Source of the DNA: a virus
Taxonomy: Duplodnaviria; Heunggongvirae; Uroviricota; Caudoviricetes
Length of the DNA stretch: 64,000 bases
Direction: 5' to 3' (one strand)
IMG/VR virus record: IMGVR_UViG_3300031920_000341
Span: 144,267 to 208,266 of that record
A program made the position numbers and the translations under genes. Positions within the stretch are counted from its first letter, which is position 1. Each line of letters starts with the position of its first letter. The notes beneath the pieces are model-generated. The model was not told where the DNA came from, ran no database searches, and saw nothing but the letters and a program-made list of their open reading frames with translations. Below, piece after piece: positions 1 to 11,018 of the stretch.

Positions 1-331
1 AATATGGTATAAAATATATGCTATAAAGAATGGTATTTATTCTATTGCATTAACAGGAAATATAACACCAATTAATGATGTGGCTGATGTTACAAATATT
101 CTAATGGATGAATTTACAGAAGCATATGTAATGACCTGGGACAATCCAATCGATAGAAGACTTGATTATATTGAAGTGAAAGTAGATGCTCAATTAATAG
201 AAGCAAATTTAGCAGAAGGTAGTTCTAGTAGTGTATATCAAGGACTAGCGAGTAATTTTACATATAAAATTCTTAATGCTGATATTGATAAATATCATCA
301 GTTTTGGATATATACAATAACAAAAACATAA
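1..331 (+). CDS. tail fibre protein, C-terminal fragment (5' end lies outside window)
   Basis: Frame 2 is open from position 2 (IWYKIYAIKNGIYSIALTGNITPINDVADV...). The last ~100 aa are paralogous to the C-terminus of the downstream 1450-aa fibre (...NITPTNDVADVSGLITDEYYDNVVLHWVNPEDRRLDSVEVWVDAQ... vs ...NITPINDVADVTNILMDEFTEAYVMTWDNPIDRRLDYIEVKVDAQ...). Confidence 0.6.
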   Translation, partial: IWYKIYAIKNGIYSIALTGNITPINDVADVTNILMDEFTEAYVMTWDNPIDRRLDYIEVKVDAQLIEANLAEGSSSSVYQGLASNFTYKILNADIDKYHQFWIYTITKT

Positions 332-359
332 ATAATATAAATACAAATAATCGCAATAG

Positions 360-3300
360 ATGTCAGGAACAACAGGATCACAATTAAGAGAAAATTTTAC
401 AGACTTATCATATACTATACTTGATAATGGTATATATGGTGCGCCATCATCATTTGTAAGTAGCCAAGCTATTTGGAGACCTAGTCCAGATTATCTTACT
501 ACCGGTTTATTTTATTATGAAGATGTTGATTATGCATATATCTATTTTGGTTCGTTAGGCGAATATAAAATACCAGCTGATAATACTGGCAATATAAATA
601 ATCCGGCAGTTCTTCAACACTTACAAGTTGGTACTGGTACTATTGTAGAGACAATTCTTGATGAAGATAATATGGTATCTGATTCAGATATAGGCTTAGC
701 AACGCAACAATCAATTAAAGCATATGTTGATACTGCTGTATTAGGTGGAATATCTATACCAGATAATGAAATCGCATTTGGTAATGCAACAGGAACAGGA
801 TTAGATAGTAGTCCTGATCTTGTTTGGTATTCGAATAATTTATATGTTTCTGGTGGATTTACTTTCACAGGAGATACCAATAGTTATTTTTCATATACTT
901 GGGATGGCGAATTATTATTAAAATCTAATAATTTAAATATATTTGAAATAATATTAACTCCTACACAAGAATCACTTAGGTTTAATTCAAATTCAAATCC
1001 TATGATATATGCAAATCAAGATGGATTTGGATTAACAAATTACAGTACCGTAAAAGTAAATGAAATTGTAGATTCAATTACTGGAAGTCCAGTTGGTATT
1101 GGAAGTTGGAGCACTGATGATCAATTAGCAACAGCAGCTGCAATTTATGATTATGTTGAAGGTGAGATAGGTACATTACCTGGCGATATTTATGTTACTG
1201 GTGCTAGTTTCAATACTACAGATGGTATAATAACATTAACAAGAAGTGAATCACAATCAGATGTAACGGTTGATATTGATGGAAGATATGAACCAGAGTT
1301 TACTAAGGGAAATCTTACATCAGGTACAGCACAATTAACATTAACATCTGGAACAGGAACAGGAGTATTAGTAGATACAAGTGTAGAATTAAGCATAGTA
1401 ACAGGTGTAATCGCAAATGGATCAACAGATTTAGTATTATCTGGTGATATTCATTTTGCACTTGCTGATAAAGTAAATATATATCCTACTCCTGATACTG
1501 GTCATGTTGCAATATGGACAGATGGAACAACAATAGAAGGAAATCCTAATTTTACATATGATGCTACTGATGTGACAGTAACATCTGGTAGTATTATAAC
1601 TGATACGTCATTTAAAATTGATGCACTTCAATTATTAATAATAGAAGCAACAACACATGGTGTAACTGATATTATACAAATATCAGATGGTGGATCACAT
1701 GATTTTATTGGTATGAATAGCAATCAAGGTGTTTGGATTGGATCGCCTATAGTAGGTGATCTTCCAGGTTATGGCGATTTGACTATATATGGACAAACTG
1801 GCAGTGATGTATTTTTATCTATTACATCAGAAGATGGTAATGATCAATATATTGATTTTCATGATTATCTTAATGGGTATACATATTCAATTGGCCAAAA
1901 TGTTACTACTAGTAATTTTGAAATAGATTTTGGTTCAGGATTGGATCAAAGTACTTTATTATCAATAGACTCAAGTGGTACTTTAACAATAGCAGAAGCA
2001 TATTCATTTCCAATAGCCGATGGTTCCGCTGATTATGTTTTAGCGACAGATGGTTCAGGAACAGTATCATGGCAATCACTATCGGCAGTTGGTAGCGTAA
2101 TAGGTTCAGGTGTAGCCGGACAAGTTACATATTGGGATACAACAGACTCCATTACGGGTGACATTAGCTTTACTTGGAGTGGAACACTCTTAGATATTTC
2201 GGGTGCGATACAGCTTTCTGTAGGTACATCTGTGAACGAAATAGTAGATTCAATCACCGGAAGTCCAGTTGGAATAGGAAGTTGGAGCACAGATGATCAG
2301 TTAGTAACAGCAGCTGCTATTTATGATTATGTTGAACCAGAGTTTACTAAATACGATCTTACATCAGCAACAACAAATCAATTGACATTAACAAATGGAA
2401 CAGGTGCGATAATGGCAGCAGATGTAGAATTAAGTATAGCGATAGGTGAAATTACAAATGGATCTACACATTTAGTAACATCTGATACTATTTATGATTA
2501 TATTGCAGCAAATACATATTGGACAAGATCATCAACTATACTTTATCCTAAAACAACAGGTGATGATGTTTCTGTACCTGGTACTAGTAGATTATATATT
2601 TATGATACTGGTAATTATATTAATGGTTCAACCACTTCAATTAATTTTTACATAAATTCTGCGATTTTAATATTTAGTGATACAGATATACACCCTAATG
2701 TTAATACATATGATTTAGGTTCTGCTGGTAGTACTACTACATTTAATGCTTTATATCTAACACCAACTACTGATGCAAGTTTAATACCAACAGGTATACA
2801 TTTTTATCTTTATGATAAGTATACTCCAATTGATTCATCAATTTTTGCAGAAACATCAGTAGGAACAGATTTATACATAAAATATCAAGCATATACTGAA
2901 CATATGTTTTATGTATATAGCCATGCAGCTTGGACTAATATTGTAAATATTGGACCAGAAAATGTATATCCAAAAACAAATAATTCACTCAGTTTAGGCT
3001 CATCTACTAATCAATGGTATAATTTATATGTTGATAATATTGGTTATATTGATAATTTGCAATTAACAGCTGGTGCTACTGTAAATGTAATTGAAACTGT
3101 ATTAACAGATGATGATACACGTTTACCAACATCTGGTGCTGTATATGCAGCGATAAGTGGATTTTCTAGTGATAACTTTTACTTAGATGGTGTAACCGTT
3201 AATACTATCAATGATATTGATTTTACAATGACTGGCATTGCTGATATTACTGGCATTGATTTTGGACATGATTTAGAAACGCATGATAATGTAACTATAA

Positions 3301-4712
3301 CATCATTAGCCGATACACATATTTTAAAATATAATGGAACAGTATGGGTAAATGTTGCTGATGAAACCGGATTGAATTATTATGCGGATAGTTTAGGATT
3401 TCTTACAGGTACTGGTGTTTTAACAATAGGTCGTACATCACCATTGGGAGATCTAACACAAGATCTAGATGGAAGATATGCTATTATTTCTGGTACTATG
3501 GCAAGTTCATATGTTGGCGTATGGAACGGTACGCAAACATTAAGTGGAAACAGTGCTCTTATATGGACTCTTGGTGCTTCAAATACTCTTGGTATAAGTG
3601 GCGGTATTAGATTTGATGATACCTTTACGCCAACTGCATATGAACCTAGTATTAGTTGGAATAATGCATTAGGTATATCAATTAATACTGTTGCAACCGC
3701 AACAGTATTGTTTGGAATTTGGGATGAAGGATATTCACAACCATATGTACATATAGATCCAACTCCAGTATTTAATTTAACTATACCATTATCTTTTGGC
3801 GGAACAGCAGTAAGTTCAATTTCAACATCAATATCTACTTCAGATACTACACTTCCAACAGCTGGTGCTGTATATGATGCTATACAACAGACTGCATTAG
3901 GATATGTAAATTATACGGGAACACCTGTAAATAATCAAGTTGCAGTATTTACTGATGTAAATACGATAGAAGGAGTTTCTGGTCTCATTTGGAATGGAGC
4001 ACTATTGGATATTAATGGTGCCATACAGATTGGATTAGGAACCTTTGTAAGCGAAATAGTAGATTCAGTTACTGGAAGTCCAGCTGGTATAGGAAGTTGG
4101 AGTACGGATAATCAATTAGCAACAGCTAAAGCAATATGGGATACAATAGAAATTACATTAGATACACCTAGTACACCAGGTACAATAACACTTACTGAAG
4201 TAGGCGCAACCATAAGAATTGAATTTGTTGGCGATGATACAAATGACAGTTATGAAATATGGGCATCTCAAACATCTTCTTCAACTGGATTTAATTTGAT
4301 TAATATTGTTAAAAACGATGATTTGGTTGGTACGCCGATTGCATTAACATTATATGATAATACATATACAAGACAAAGTCAAATTTGGTATAAGGTTTAT
4401 GCAAGAAGATATGGCGTATATTCAATAGCAGCAACAGCTAACATTACACCAACAAATGATGTAGCAGATGTATCTGGATTAATTACAGATGAGTATTATG
4501 ACAATGTTGTATTACATTGGGTCAATCCAGAAGATCGTAGATTAGATAGTGTTGAAGTATGGGTAGATGCACAGGCAGTTGAATTAGATTTAGATATTAC
4601 CAATGCCACAAAATGTTATGACGGAAAAGATGAAAACTTTCAATATAAAATGTTAACGGCAGATCTTACTAAGTTTCATGAATTTTGGGTTATAACAACA
4701 ACTAAAACATAA
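360..4712 (+). CDS. giant tail fibre protein (1450 aa) with internal phage-fibre repeats
   Basis: Thr/Ser/Gly/Asn-rich beta-rich composition. Three in-frame ~35-aa repeats (VNEIVDSITGSPVGIGSWSTDDQLATAAAIYDYVE) and phage tail-fibre-repeat-like motifs (DEDNMVSDSDIGLATQQSIKAYVD; LPTAGAVYDAI). C-terminal domain shared with the upstream fragment. Confidence 0.75.
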   Translation: MSGTTGSQLRENFTDLSYTILDNGIYGAPSSFVSSQAIWRPSPDYLTTGLFYYEDVDYAYIYFGSLGEYKIPADNTGNINNPAVLQHLQVGTGTIVETILDEDNMVSDSDIGLATQQSIKAYVDTAVLGGISIPDNEIAFGNATGTGLDSSPDLVWYSNNLYVSGGFTFTGDTNSYFSYTWDGELLLKSNNLNIFEIILTPTQESLRFNSNSNPMIYANQDGFGLTNYSTVKVNEIVDSITGSPVGIGSWSTDDQLATAAAIYDYVEGEIGTLPGDIYVTGASFNTTDGIITLTRSESQSDVTVDIDGRYEPEFTKGNLTSGTAQLTLTSGTGTGVLVDTSVELSIVTGVIANGSTDLVLSGDIHFALADKVNIYPTPDTGHVAIWTDGTTIEGNPNFTYDATDVTVTSGSIITDTSFKIDALQLLIIEATTHGVTDIIQISDGGSHDFIGMNSNQGVWIGSPIVGDLPGYGDLTIYGQTGSDVFLSITSEDGNDQYIDFHDYLNGYTYSIGQNVTTSNFEIDFGSGLDQSTLLSIDSSGTLTIAEAYSFPIADGSADYVLATDGSGTVSWQSLSAVGSVIGSGVAGQVTYWDTTDSITGDISFTWSGTLLDISGAIQLSVGTSVNEIVDSITGSPVGIGSWSTDDQLVTAAAIYDYVEPEFTKYDLTSATTNQLTLTNGTGAIMAADVELSIAIGEITNGSTHLVTSDTIYDYIAANTYWTRSSTILYPKTTGDDVSVPGTSRLYIYDTGNYINGSTTSINFYINSAILIFSDTDIHPNVNTYDLGSAGSTTTFNALYLTPTTDASLIPTGIHFYLYDKYTPIDSSIFAETSVGTDLYIKYQAYTEHMFYVYSHAAWTNIVNIGPENVYPKTNNSLSLGSSTNQWYNLYVDNIGYIDNLQLTAGATVNVIETVLTDDDTRLPTSGAVYAAISGFSSDNFYLDGVTVNTINDIDFTMTGIADITGIDFGHDLETHDNVTITSLADTHILKYNGTVWVNVADETGLNYYADSLGFLTGTGVLTIGRTSPLGDLTQDLDGRYAIISGTMASSYVGVWNGTQTLSGNSALIWTLGASNTLGISGGIRFDDTFTPTAYEPSISWNNALGISINTVATATVLFGIWDEGYSQPYVHIDPTPVFNLTIPLSFGGTAVSSISTSISTSDTTLPTAGAVYDAIQQTALGYVNYTGTPVNNQVAVFTDVNTIEGVSGLIWNGALLDINGAIQIGLGTFVSEIVDSVTGSPAGIGSWSTDNQLATAKAIWDTIEITLDTPSTPGTITLTEVGATIRIEFVGDDTNDSYEIWASQTSSSTGFNLINIVKNDDLVGTPIALTLYDNTYTRQSQIWYKVYARRYGVYSIAATANITPTNDVADVSGLITDEYYDNVVLHWVNPEDRRLDSVEVWVDAQAVELDLDITNATKCYDGKDENFQYKMLTADLTKFHEFWVITTTKT
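1054..1165 (+). repeat. dispersed in-frame ~105-bp repeat in fibre gene (copies also at 2230-2340 and 4038-4140)
   Basis: GTAAATGAAATTGTAGATTCAATTACTGGAAGTCCAGTTGGTATTGGAAGTTGGAGCACTGATGATCAATTAGCAACAGCAGCTGCAATTTATGATTATGTTGAA; nucleotide-level similarity, third copy more diverged. Confidence 0.7.
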
Positions 4713-4725
4713 AAATAAACATAAT

Positions 4726-4938
4726 ATGGCTAAGAAGAAATATGATACCGATGAACAAGCAGAAATAGCTATTGAATGTATAATAATCAAAGCAACTTCA
4801 CTAGATTTAGGTCAAGATCAAATTGATAATTATATAGAAGAAATTGAATTTATCTGTAACGAACATAAGTTTGGAAAAGATAAAGAAGATGAATATAAAG
4901 AAAGAGGTATTGAAAAACATAAATTACATTGGCAGTAA
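4726..4938 (+). CDS. hypothetical small acidic protein
   Basis: 70-aa ORF between fibre genes, overlapping next gene by 10 nt; no recognisable motif. Confidence 0.35.
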   Translation: MAKKKYDTDEQAEIAIECIIIKATSLDLGQDQIDNYIEEIEFICNEHKFGKDKEDEYKERGIEKHKLHWQ

Positions 4939-6335
4939 CAGCAACAGTAACGGCAACAAAAATTGATATAACAAGTACAGGGGGTGTAGAAGCAACTTGG
5001 GCAGAATGTGTAACAGCTATAAATACACATACCGCTGGTACTATTACTATGACTGGTTCGCCTAATGAATATACTATTACTGCAGCATCTTATCGTGAAT
5101 TAGAAATTAGTTCTGGTTGTATTGTTAGATTTGAAGAAGGTGATACTATAAATTGGATGTGGGATGCAACAGCAAGTACATATGTTGTTCTTGAGTTTGC
5201 AAATGGTAGTGTTACTACAATAGAACCTAATGTAACATTTGATTTAGGTTCAAATTCTCAACTTTATATGAGAGGTTATGTGTATATGCACGGTTCAGTT
5301 ACAGCAGAAGCTACACTTGGTAATGAAATTATATTCAAACATTATCGATCATGTTATATGCTTCCATATCAAGCTCAATCTTTTGATTATGTAAATTTTG
5401 AAGATCTTACATATGCTGGATATGCATTATATTTTAGTAATTATAGCAATCTAAGTTGGGCTCAATGTGATATGGATCATATTACTTTTAGTAGTACAGT
5501 TGGTAATGTTTATTTTGTTAATGGTGGTATGATACCAACAAATCTTAATTTAACTAATTGGTTTATGGATGGTGGTACCAATGGCTTACTAATATATAGT
5601 CATGCTGGAGTATATTTTGATACATGGACTATAAAAAATACATCTGCCGCTCCGCTTGCTTATGGATCTGGTACTATTATTGGACCGTTATTTTATAATA
5701 GTCCAGGTGTTCGTGTTAAAAACGATCATCAACCATATATTTATTTTAAAGATTGTTTATTTGAAGATAATGATGCTGGGGTTTATAATTATCTTACTCA
5801 ATATCATTCAGTAACAGTATTTGATAATTGTGAATTTAAAGGAACAGGTACACGTATATATGCTACTAACTATGCAACAATGTTTTTAATTAATCCTACA
5901 TATACTGGAGCAAATGCCAATCCTGTAACTTTTAGTTCTACTGGTAATGTATTTATTGCCGAACATCTTACATTAAATGTTACAGCTGAAGGTAGTGCTG
6001 TTGAAGGTGCAGTAATATCAATAATTCAATCAGAAGGCCATATTGTAATTAATGGTACAACAGATAGTAATGGAAAATTACTTAATCCATATGGTAAAGA
6101 GACAGTATTACCGATAAGTCAACAAACAGCAACATCAGTATTTGATTTATGGGCAGATAGTATTGCAGGCGGTAGATATTATACGATAAGCATATATAAA
6201 GAAGGTGTTGGTGCTTATACTGAAGATTTTATATTTACGGGTTCTAAAACAATAAATGCGGTTTTATATCCAGTAGTAGAAACCAATAATGATTATAAGA
6301 GTATAACAACAAAAATAATAGGCGGAATATCATGA
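4929..6335 (+). CDS. tail-associated protein with right-handed beta-helix-like repeats (possible tailspike/depolymerase)
   Basis: 468 aa with repetitive N/G/T-rich segments typical of parallel beta-helix proteins (NVYFVNGGMIPTNLNLTNWFMDGGTNGLLIYSHAGVYFD...). Sits between two fibre genes and is translationally coupled (ATGA overlap with next gene). Confidence 0.4.
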   Translation: MAVTATVTATKIDITSTGGVEATWAECVTAINTHTAGTITMTGSPNEYTITAASYRELEISSGCIVRFEEGDTINWMWDATASTYVVLEFANGSVTTIEPNVTFDLGSNSQLYMRGYVYMHGSVTAEATLGNEIIFKHYRSCYMLPYQAQSFDYVNFEDLTYAGYALYFSNYSNLSWAQCDMDHITFSSTVGNVYFVNGGMIPTNLNLTNWFMDGGTNGLLIYSHAGVYFDTWTIKNTSAAPLAYGSGTIIGPLFYNSPGVRVKNDHQPYIYFKDCLFEDNDAGVYNYLTQYHSVTVFDNCEFKGTGTRIYATNYATMFLINPTYTGANANPVTFSSTGNVFIAEHLTLNVTAEGSAVEGAVISIIQSEGHIVINGTTDSNGKLLNPYGKETVLPISQQTATSVFDLWADSIAGGRYYTISIYKEGVGAYTEDFIFTGSKTINAVLYPVVETNNDYKSITTKIIGGIS

Positions 6336-9300
6336 GTGTAACTACAGGAACAACCGAAAGAGATGCGATACTTCAGTTAGAATCATTAAATTTTTTAACT
6401 GGTGTAACTATTACAGAAATTGAAGATACACTTTCTACAAGTTCTGTTAAAGTTCCTACATCAAATGCAGTAACCGATGCTATTGCAGCCGGCGGCGGCG
6501 GTACAGTTAGTGGAACTGGCGTAGATAATCAAATTGCAGTATGGACAGGTACAAATACAATTGAAGGTACAACTGGATTTATATGGGATGGTACTGATTT
6601 AGGTATTATTCCTACATCAGGTAATGCCTCAATTACATTTGGTGCTGCAGATGATATGGTATTAACTTGGGTATCTGGAAGTGATATATTTACTATTACA
6701 AAAGATGGTGCTGCAGGAGTAGGCGAGTATTTATTGCTTTTATCAATAGGAACTTCATATTTTGGTACTATTTCCAATGATACATATGCATATTATGCAT
6801 ATATTAATACTAATTCAAATGCTACATATGGCAATATATTATTTTATGTTGGTACAAAACAAATTGCTTTATTTCGTAGTGAAGCTACAGGTACTACAAT
6901 AAAAATAGGTTATCCAAGTGAAGAACATATGTATATAGATTCTATATCTGGTGCAATATATTTTAAGAATTTAATAGCTGTTAATATGACTATCACTGAT
7001 AGTGGTATACAATTGGCAACTGGTTCAGTTGTAAATGCAATACTTAACGAAGATGATATGGCATCTGATTTAGATACAGTATTAGCAACGCAACAATCAA
7101 TTAAAGCATATGTAGATGCAGCAACAGCTGGTGTTGGCGTTGGAGATGTAACAGCTGGGACTCAATCTGAAGATCAAGTTGCAGTATGGGATTCAACAGC
7201 AAAGCAAATAGGAGGTACAAGTGGTTTAACATTTAATAGTACAACAAATATATTAACAACGGTTAACTTAACATTAACCAGTAATTTACGATTTAATACT
7301 GGTCAACAAGTAACTTCAATTGGAACATCGATAACAGATAGTGATTCAATACTTCCAACAGCTGGAGCGGTATATGATAAACTCAATATAACAAATAATT
7401 ATATTGTAACAGGAACAGGAACAGGTATACAAGGTGAAAGTAATTTACAATTTGACGGTACCACATTAGATATAACTGGTGATTTAGTAACATCTTCTAC
7501 AATAGAAGCTGGTAGTATTCCTAACATGGCAACTACAGCTGCATTATTTTTAGTTTCAAATTCAGGTGAAATTAATTATAGAACAAAAACTGAAATGCGT
7601 GAAGATCTTGATGTTGCTTGGCCAACAATAGAAGTTTCTATAGAAGCTGAACTTGATGCTGCGATTATTACATTAAATGGATATAATTTTGGTGATATAG
7701 TTATAACAGCTGATTTTACAATTGCTGGAAATAAATCATGGGATTTAACTGGTATAACAATTAGAGGTACACAAAAATCAATAACACTTAATGGGAATAC
7801 TATAACTGTTACTGCCGGAAGTCCAATATTCCAAGATATGACATTTTATGGTAAACCCGCAAATACTAGTTGGGGTGCAGGTTATGATACACAAAATTTA
7901 TTTATTTCAGCCGGAGCTCAACATTGGTTATTTAAAAATGTTGGATTTGCAAATACCGTTGGTAATAATTCATCAACTAATCCGGTAATTGATATAACAT
8001 CGCCACAAGATTGGCAAAGAATGACTTTTATTGATTGTACAGTATCTACTGAAGGAATTGCAACATATACTGGATTTAGTATTGATGAATCAGGAGGAAC
8101 AGTAGGTTATTTATTTATTAATGTAGAAGGACAAAAAATAGATTCATCATTAAAAACAACTTCTCTTTATTATGTAATTACCGGTACAGTGCCAACTAGT
8201 AAGAAATCTTTTTATTCAGATGGCACTGCGTATATTTCAGCTGCTAATACCTATACCGTTAATAATGAAATGACAACTAAACCAGCACAGGCTTCACCGG
8301 CTGCCGGTGATAGATTCTTAATTAGTGATGCTACAACACAACAGTTGAAATATGTGACATATAGTCAAGTTGGCGGTGCAGGAGGCGGTATGGCTGATCC
8401 TATGACTACTGTAGGAGATATTATTATAAGAGATTCAACTAATGCAACAGATAGATTAGCAGTAGGAACAACTGGACAGATATTAACAACAGATGGGACA
8501 GATATTTATTGGGGATCTGGTGCGGGCGCAGGTGATGTAACAGCCGGTACACAAACAGAGGATCAAATTGGAGTATGGACTTCAACAGCAAAAGAAATAG
8601 AAGGTTCCGCTTACTTTAAATTTGATGGTACTACTATGACACTTGGTGGCTTAACTTCAAGTCATGATTATACATTACATATTTATGCTGAAGATTATGA
8701 TGAAAGCTTTAACGATTACCGGGCAAAAATTATATTAGATTCTGCCGCACCTTGGATTGAACTTGATTCATCGACTACTGGTAGTAATACATATGAACAA
8801 GCTGCTGGTATATCAATGGGTGAATCTGGTGTAGGTTCAGCTGCAATGCATTTGGTTTATACTGGTGACGGTAAGGCTATTATTGGAATGGGTGCATTAG
8901 TAAATACAGCATCTGATTTAAGACCAACATATCAATCGATACAATTAATGTATACTAATGATGCAGTTGGTATAGGTAAAGCAGCAAATGCAAGTTATCA
9001 ATTGGGTGTTGGTGGAAATTTACAAATAGATACTGTTACTGCATTATCAAGTGCAGTTGCTTCAACAAAAATAGCTACATTATCTGCTACTGGTGAAGTT
9101 GAATCAGTAACTGCCACATTATTAAGAGATTATATTGGAGATTATTGGACTAATTCAAGTGCAGTTGTATTATTAGATACTGGGTATGATACACTTAGAT
9201 TAACTAGTACATATAAACTTGAATTTTTAGATACTAATATATTTATGCATGCAACCTCAACAGGTTATCTTTCAATTGATGCAGCAACAAGAATTACTTT

Positions 9301-10387
9301 AGATTTTGGTACTGAAACTTTAATTTATACAAATGGACAAATATATCCAACTGGAACTTCACTTCAGTTAGGTACAGATACAAATCCATTTGGTGAAATA
9401 CATACACATGAACCATTATATATTAAACGTGATGCAGGAATAAGTGGACCAATTTTAACAATAGAAGGTCAAATATCTACTGATACATATATTAATATTA
9501 ATAATACAGTGCAATCACAATTATGGCAAATTGGACAAAATACAAGTGATAATTTCTTTATTAAAGATGATACTGGCGGAACGACTCCTTTATATATTGA
9601 TAGTGGATCACCTACAAATTCATTACATTTAAAAAGTACAGAGGTTGTAATTAATGAAGATAGCTTATCTACTATTGATTTTAGAGTAGAAACTGATACT
9701 GCTTCAAATGCTTTATTTATTGATGCTAGCACGAATATTTTATATACTAACATAGATACTCTTTTAGGTTCAGGTAGTGGTGCTAATTATACTGAATTTT
9801 CGGGTTCTACTGGTAAACAATCAATGGAAGGTAATGCACGATCATCTTTTGCTATGTGGCATAATGCTGAAGCAATGCATGTGGATACAGCTGGAGGCGC
9901 ATCATTTACAACATTACTATCATCAAGGGTAGTTGCATTCTCTCCTCCTGCTGATAATACAACAGAAGGATATATATTAACTAGTTTTGTATTACCTTAT
10001 AATAAAAAGGGATATTCAACAAATGAATTTTCATGGTGGGCTCATATGGTTGTTGATAATGCTACAGGAAATGATATACAATGGAAAGTTAGTTATTTAA
10101 TACTTCAACCCGATGATGTTTATAGTGCATTTACGTCATTTACTGATTTATTAGGAACACAAACTGTGGCAAATAGTACAAATGATAGACTATTAGTTGC
10201 CGGCGGTGGTTTTTTTGCGGGATCTAATATACCACCTGGCTCACGTTTAGTTATTAAATTTAGTAGATATGATAATAGAGCAACTGGTTTAACCGATAGT
10301 TATGCAGGTACGGCATATGTATTGGGGCTTGGTATACGATATAATACAGATCAACTAGGTGGAACATATAATACATGGGCATCATAA
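6332..10387 (+). CDS. giant tail fibre protein (1351 aa), modular paralog of 360-4712
   Basis: Shares repeat modules with the upstream fibre (ILNEDDMASDLDTVLATQQSIKAYVDAATAG; SDSILPTAGAVYDKLN; VDNQIAVWTGTNTIEGTTGFIWDGTDL). Internal duplicate GDVTAGTQSEDQVAVWDSTAKQIGGTSG / GDVTAGTQTEDQIGVWTSTAKEIEGSAY. Confidence 0.75.
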   Translation: MSVTTGTTERDAILQLESLNFLTGVTITEIEDTLSTSSVKVPTSNAVTDAIAAGGGGTVSGTGVDNQIAVWTGTNTIEGTTGFIWDGTDLGIIPTSGNASITFGAADDMVLTWVSGSDIFTITKDGAAGVGEYLLLLSIGTSYFGTISNDTYAYYAYINTNSNATYGNILFYVGTKQIALFRSEATGTTIKIGYPSEEHMYIDSISGAIYFKNLIAVNMTITDSGIQLATGSVVNAILNEDDMASDLDTVLATQQSIKAYVDAATAGVGVGDVTAGTQSEDQVAVWDSTAKQIGGTSGLTFNSTTNILTTVNLTLTSNLRFNTGQQVTSIGTSITDSDSILPTAGAVYDKLNITNNYIVTGTGTGIQGESNLQFDGTTLDITGDLVTSSTIEAGSIPNMATTAALFLVSNSGEINYRTKTEMREDLDVAWPTIEVSIEAELDAAIITLNGYNFGDIVITADFTIAGNKSWDLTGITIRGTQKSITLNGNTITVTAGSPIFQDMTFYGKPANTSWGAGYDTQNLFISAGAQHWLFKNVGFANTVGNNSSTNPVIDITSPQDWQRMTFIDCTVSTEGIATYTGFSIDESGGTVGYLFINVEGQKIDSSLKTTSLYYVITGTVPTSKKSFYSDGTAYISAANTYTVNNEMTTKPAQASPAAGDRFLISDATTQQLKYVTYSQVGGAGGGMADPMTTVGDIIIRDSTNATDRLAVGTTGQILTTDGTDIYWGSGAGAGDVTAGTQTEDQIGVWTSTAKEIEGSAYFKFDGTTMTLGGLTSSHDYTLHIYAEDYDESFNDYRAKIILDSAAPWIELDSSTTGSNTYEQAAGISMGESGVGSAAMHLVYTGDGKAIIGMGALVNTASDLRPTYQSIQLMYTNDAVGIGKAANASYQLGVGGNLQIDTVTALSSAVASTKIATLSATGEVESVTATLLRDYIGDYWTNSSAVVLLDTGYDTLRLTSTYKLEFLDTNIFMHATSTGYLSIDAATRITLDFGTETLIYTNGQIYPTGTSLQLGTDTNPFGEIHTHEPLYIKRDAGISGPILTIEGQISTDTYININNTVQSQLWQIGQNTSDNFFIKDDTGGTTPLYIDSGSPTNSLHLKSTEVVINEDSLSTIDFRVETDTASNALFIDASTNILYTNIDTLLGSGSGANYTEFSGSTGKQSMEGNARSSFAMWHNAEAMHVDTAGGASFTTLLSSRVVAFSPPADNTTEGYILTSFVLPYNKKGYSTNEFSWWAHMVVDNATGNDIQWKVSYLILQPDDVYSAFTSFTDLLGTQTVANSTNDRLLVAGGGFFAGSNIPPGSRLVIKFSRYDNRATGLTDSYAGTAYVLGLGIRYNTDQLGGTYNTWAS

Positions 10388-10448
10388 TTTTTAAAATTAA
10401 TTAAAACTTTTGTATTTTGATATGTATAATTAATAAAAATTTATTGAT

Positions 10449-10937
10449 ATGGAAATAACAAACAGTGAATTGATTAATATGCATCAGACATTAATTCAAT
10501 TATCGAAACAAAAATTACCTTTTAATGTTTTAATTGCAAAAAATTTACAACGCGTTGAAAAATTAGTTAATGATTACAGCGATACACGTACAGTACTTGT
10601 TGAACGTTATGCTAAAACAGACGAAGAGGGTAAATTACTTGGTATTGAAAAAACAATTAAAGATGAAGAAAGCAACGTTGTTGTAGAACGTATTAAAGAA
10701 CCTCAAATGATTGATGACATTGAATGGGACGATAAAGAAGCATTCATGAAAGAATTAATGACTTTAAATGAAACTAAAGTAACCCCTGCACTGGATTCAG
10801 TTTCAGTAAAAAAGAGTTTTTATCATATGGCTGCTAATCGTGATTTTACAATTGGCGAATATATGGATACCCAAATTGAACCTGGTATGATTTTATACTT
10901 AGAGAAAATTGGGATGATAACTGATCTCGATCTGTAA
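10449..10937 (+). CDS. hypothetical protein
   Basis: 162-aa ORF followed by an intrinsic terminator; no motif recognised. Confidence 0.4.
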   Translation: MEITNSELINMHQTLIQLSKQKLPFNVLIAKNLQRVEKLVNDYSDTRTVLVERYAKTDEEGKLLGIEKTIKDEESNVVVERIKEPQMIDDIEWDDKEAFMKELMTLNETKVTPALDSVSVKKSFYHMAANRDFTIGEYMDTQIEPGMILYLEKIGMITDLDL

Positions 10938-10960
10938 ATTCCATAATAAATTGATTATGT

Positions 10961-10991
10961 GGCGAATTGTTTTGCAATTCGCCTTTTTTTT
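10961..10991 (+). terminator. intrinsic terminator
   Basis: GGCGAATTG-TTTTG-CAATTCGCC followed by TTTTTTTT. Confidence 0.75.
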
Positions 10992-11018
10992 GATATATAA
11001 TAAAAAGAATGCATATGT

